From: Promethearchaeota archaeon Loki_b32
Lineage (GTDB): Archaea > Asgardarchaeota > Lokiarchaeia > Sigyniarchaeales > SOKP01
Direction of reading: 5' to 3'
DNA: 64,000 nucleotides
NCBI GenBank assembly: GCA_005223125.1
Contig: NJBH01000004.1
Coordinates: 32,001 to 96,000 of the forward strand
Position numbers and translations under genes: made by a program. Position 1 is the first letter of the stretch. Every line of letters begins with the position of its first letter. Of this stretch, positions 60,539 through 64,000 are shown piece after piece. The notes under the pieces are model-generated. The model had not been told where the DNA came from. It saw nothing but the letters and a program-made list of their open reading frames with translations, and made no database searches.

Positions 60539-61750
60539 TTGGTAAAGTTAGAGCTAAGCGACTTAAATAATGGAACTGCCTTTATTGGGGATAAGTTTAG
60601 AATTAATGTAAAATTCACGTTTGAGGAAGGGATGGACATTTTTTGGAGTGGAATTAGACTAATCACTAATCCTCCATGTGCCAAAGAACTTCAAGTTTCA
60701 AAAGAAGAAATATTTAGCAAAGGTAATTTTGAAGCAGGAGAATATATTCGTGAGAAATCGCTCTTAATCGCTAGTAATATTGTACCAACAATAAAAAACA
60801 GAAATCTAAATTATATTCTAAAATTGATCTTAAGACAACCAAATCCAATCAACCCAGAAGACGATTTAGTTATTAGTAAAACTCATGATGTTGAGATTAA
60901 AGCGAAAGATTCAGGTCTTCAAGCAAAATCACCTAAACCAATATCATTTTCAATTTCAGGATTAAATATTCTTCTAACAAAAGATATTTATAAACCTGGT
61001 GAAACTATAAAAATCAGTTATAGTTCGGAAGAGTTAAAACAAATAGAAGTTAGATTACTCCAAAATTCAAACCTAGTCTGTTATTGTGAAGCTTATGGCC
61101 AAAATTGTAGTAAAGTTGAGGAATTACCTCCCGCAATAGCAGGAGATGCAAGAACTCAGAATTTTGATAAAGATTTTCTACTATTAAAAGTCCCAGAAGT
61201 AGCTGAACCAACTTGTAATTGGCTATGGTCACCTTCTGAAAAAGAACAATTTGGTTTTAGATATGGTGCATATACAAAGTGGAGCTTACTGGTAATCGGA
61301 AAGAAAAAACCAGAATATGGCTTAGAACCAATAAAGTTTGAAGTTCCTATAACAATCTCATCAGGTCCGATATCCGTAGAAAAAGTTGGAATTGATTTTT
61401 TCTCAGAAGGAAATGCTGGAGCATCATCCTTGTTTGATGGTATTTCAAGATTCCAGAAAACCTATAAAGTACTCTCTATAGATTCTGATATTGATAAATA
61501 TAAATTAAGAATTAAGAATATCTCAAAGGAAGACCTTCAAGGTGTTACAGTAAAAATCACTGGATTGCAAGAAGGGTTATTTGAAACTGCTCCAATCTTA
61601 AAAGGATTTAACACGTGGAAAAAGGGAGAAGAGAAAGAAATTGTCTATGAAACTAAGCAAAATGTTACTGCATTGATTTCTATTTTGGAAGATAATAGCC
61701 AACAAACTATTAGGATACAATCCCCAGTAGCAGAAGCAAGTTTTTTCTAA
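60539..61750 (+). CDS. arrestin/Vps26-like beta-sandwich protein with extra C-terminal domain
   Basis: Two beta-rich repeats (AFIGDKFRINV; IYKPGETIKI) in an arrestin-like layout; assignment by eye. Confidence 0.5.
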   Translation: MVKLELSDLNNGTAFIGDKFRINVKFTFEEGMDIFWSGIRLITNPPCAKELQVSKEEIFSKGNFEAGEYIREKSLLIASNIVPTIKNRNLNYILKLILRQPNPINPEDDLVISKTHDVEIKAKDSGLQAKSPKPISFSISGLNILLTKDIYKPGETIKISYSSEELKQIEVRLLQNSNLVCYCEAYGQNCSKVEELPPAIAGDARTQNFDKDFLLLKVPEVAEPTCNWLWSPSEKEQFGFRYGAYTKWSLLVIGKKKPEYGLEPIKFEVPITISSGPISVEKVGIDFFSEGNAGASSLFDGISRFQKTYKVLSIDSDIDKYKLRIKNISKEDLQGVTVKITGLQEGLFETAPILKGFNTWKKGEEKEIVYETKQNVTALISILEDNSQQTIRIQSPVAEASFF

Positions 61751-61764
61751 TTAAGGTTAATATT

Positions 61765-64000
61765 TTATATTATAGGCTGAAAAATTCTTTTTTGAATTAG
61801 GTTGAGAATTGTTTCAGCATCCTTTACTTGAAATCCTTTCTTTTTCTCATGCAAGGATGACACAAAGAAATGGTCGGTATTTTTTTCTTTCATTATTTTT
61901 ATGGCTCGATTTATAATTATTTGTTCGTCCGGAGTAATTCTCTTAGCTTGAGTTATCACTTTTAATGGGTAGATTAAGGAAGTGGGGAGATGGTGATCAA
62001 GTAAACCTTTTATCTCACTGAATTGAGTAATATCTCCATCAAAATCTTTCAATAAATATCCAAATTTTTCTTCGATATCATATGATAAAGCGTTCAATGA
62101 ATCTAAAAAATCATGAGAAGGATTTTTCTCCATAATCAGAATTATTCTAATATTTTTATAATCTGACATTAAAATCTTTGAATTCTGATAATCCAATTTG
62201 ACACTTCGAGTTTGTTCATTAGCATCCGTTAATTCTATTCCAAAAACGCTCACCGCCTGTAAGAATCCAGATATTAATGAACTATTTAAACTTTTACCTG
62301 CAAAAAATTGTTCATAAACTGTTAGTCCAGAATTTTTATCAGACATAATAAAATAGTGAAGATTTAGCACATCAGCATATTTATTAAATATTTTTTGTCG
62401 ATATTCGTGTTTAATCTTTCTTTTTCTTTTTACTAAAACATAACTTGTTATGCTTGCTCCTAGAATAAGAGTTGCAAGTAAAATAACATTTAAAATAACT
62501 TCAAATTGTATTTTAAAAGGAACATTAACTGAAAATTCTTGAGTTTTAATACCTGCATCAGTACTATTATACCAAAATAAGTAAGCTTTATATATTCCCT
62601 CAATTGGATTTGCAGATAAATTACAACAAAATAAAGTTTCTTGAGAAATAACTATTTTTGTTTCCCTATATTCTTCAAAACCCAAAGCATCTATCAAGAT
62701 ATAGGTTATATTACCTTGAATATCTGGAACTATTACTGACAATTTAAGATCTTGTAATGGTCCAAATTCCGTTTTCGGGACATTTAAAGTAAAATCCACA
62801 GTGGGAGAATAAGCAGATATTAACCAAGTTTCTCCACTTGTTATTGTATTATTTGATATGAAGATAAAATTATCAGTGAGATTAAGATCTACATCAAATG
62901 TAATATCAATCCCATTTCTATATACTGTAAGATTATACCAACCTTTTGGATAGTAAAATTTTATTGAACAATTTGAATAAACTCTTGTAAATTCAGGAGT
63001 AACCGTCCATTTATTATCCAAATTTTCTCGTATCAAAGCTGAACCGTCCGAGAGAAATAAATGTTTAAGAGAAATATAATAGCTAAAATTTACTTTTAAA
63101 CTTATAGATAAATTATTTCTAAGAAATATGTTTAATTCCTCTTCCTGTGTAGAGAAATCAAGATTCTTTATAGAAAGAATCCCAGTACCTAATTTTGTTC
63201 CATCGGTTATAACATATGAATTACCATCGATTTCTACTGTCATATTAATTTCAGAGGGGAAATAAGATCGATTAACTCGTTGTACTATCTTATGGAGAAA
63301 CACATCTCCAGTCCTATTCTGCCATTCATTTAAATATTCATCATACCAGCTCATAGACAATTGTGATGTTGGATTATCATTATTAATATACCAGTAATAT
63401 CTATCATTCCAACTTATCCCAGTTCCATCAAGCACTAAACAGTACAATCCTGAAGATAAATAGACTGGAAATTGAAATTCTTGTTTATTCCATTGAGGAA
63501 TTCCTTCTGTCATATTTAATATGAAGGGAATACTATAAATTACTCCATTTGGTCTTCCTTCAATAGAATCCCATCCCTCTATTCGAACAATTACTGGTGA
63601 TGGGGAAGCGGTTTTAATCAACTTATAACCGAATATATCTACCGAATAAATAATCGTAGGTTCTGTAATATTTAGTTGCATCCCTAGAATTTCATAATAA
63701 TAACCTCTTAAAGTTTCAAATCCAGTTGCTTCTTCTTCAATTACCTTTATTTCAGAATTCATCTTAATACTAGTAAAATTAATATCTACTTCTGTTAGAG
63801 TCCAATTTGGAGATGGTAGATAAAGATTTACTGAAGTAGAATTTTCTATTACCCCATAATCTTCTGAAAATTCAATCATTTGAAAATTTGAAGTAATTAC
63901 TAGAGATTCCCCATTTTCTTGAGCATAGGAATAATTTATGCCTTGAACTATTCCAGCTACAAAAACAACTAATATAGAAAAGATAAATAAATGATTTTTA
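61765..64000 (-). CDS. large single-pass membrane protein with cytoplasmic longin-like domain; 5' end beyond window
   Basis: Frame is open from 63879 to the window edge and includes a hydrophobic signal segment; TM VILNVILLATLILGASITSYVLV; cytoplasmic KNSGLTVY..LISGFLQAVSVFG. Confidence 0.75.
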   Translation of the reverse strand, partial: KNHLFIFSILVVFVAGIVQGINYSYAQENGESLVITSNFQMIEFSEDYGVIENSTSVNLYLPSPNWTLTEVDINFTSIKMNSEIKVIEEEATGFETLRGYYYEILGMQLNITEPTIIYSVDIFGYKLIKTASPSPVIVRIEGWDSIEGRPNGVIYSIPFILNMTEGIPQWNKQEFQFPVYLSSGLYCLVLDGTGISWNDRYYWYINNDNPTSQLSMSWYDEYLNEWQNRTGDVFLHKIVQRVNRSYFPSEINMTVEIDGNSYVITDGTKLGTGILSIKNLDFSTQEEELNIFLRNNLSISLKVNFSYYISLKHLFLSDGSALIRENLDNKWTVTPEFTRVYSNCSIKFYYPKGWYNLTVYRNGIDITFDVDLNLTDNFIFISNNTITSGETWLISAYSPTVDFTLNVPKTEFGPLQDLKLSVIVPDIQGNITYILIDALGFEEYRETKIVISQETLFCCNLSANPIEGIYKAYLFWYNSTDAGIKTQEFSVNVPFKIQFEVILNVILLATLILGASITSYVLVKRKRKIKHEYRQKIFNKYADVLNLHYFIMSDKNSGLTVYEQFFAGKSLNSSLISGFLQAVSVFGIELTDANEQTRSVKLDYQNSKILMSDYKNIRIILIMEKNPSHDFLDSLNALSYDIEEKFGYLLKDFDGDITQFSEIKGLLDHHLPTSLIYPLKVITQAKRITPDEQIIINRAIKIMKEKNTDHFFVSSLHEKKKGFQVKDAETILNLIQKRIFQPII

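Noticed and set aside
1-64000. tRNA, rRNA, integrase or transposase genes
   Set aside because: None recognisable by eye; a tRNAscan/Infernal run would be needed to exclude small RNAs

Overview
AT-rich archaeal DNA, most likely from Lokiarchaeia (Asgard). The assignment is an inference from a Loki-CTERM sorting signal, uDENN/longin-, Rag-GTPase- and arrestin-like proteins, and a eukaryote-type SECIS. The core is a ~20 kb minus-strand redox locus (26.5-47.0 kb): three ~1000-aa HdrA-like proteins, two HdrD-like Fe-S/CCG proteins, two Cys-MvhD and two FrhB-like proteins. The locus is led by two genes that the ORF track fragments or misses: a selenoprotein hdrA (4 in-frame UGA at conserved Cys positions) and a selenoprotein vhuD/mvhD (2 UGA). 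A single eukaryote-like SECIS follows them, and its AUGA core is the vhuD stop codon. The main discovery is that this Sec-hdrA carries two short insertions (30 nt and 35 nt) that fold as archaeal bulge-helix-bulge (BHB)-type introns. Cutting at the canonical BHB positions restores the conserved motifs (CQUGINI and EHCSWC) and the reading frame, giving a 657-aa HdrA. This suggests tRNA-endonuclease-type mRNA splicing coupled to selenocysteine recoding; it is a prediction from hand analysis, not shown experimentally. The window also contains a C-terminal beta-sandwich shared by three unrelated proteins, a direct-repeat-flanked toxin-antitoxin cassette, repeated 3' ends of a tyrosine phenol-lyase-like gene, amino-acid/acyl-CoA catabolic genes, an E1/TusA/SAMP sulfur-relay cluster and several single-stop interrupted genes.
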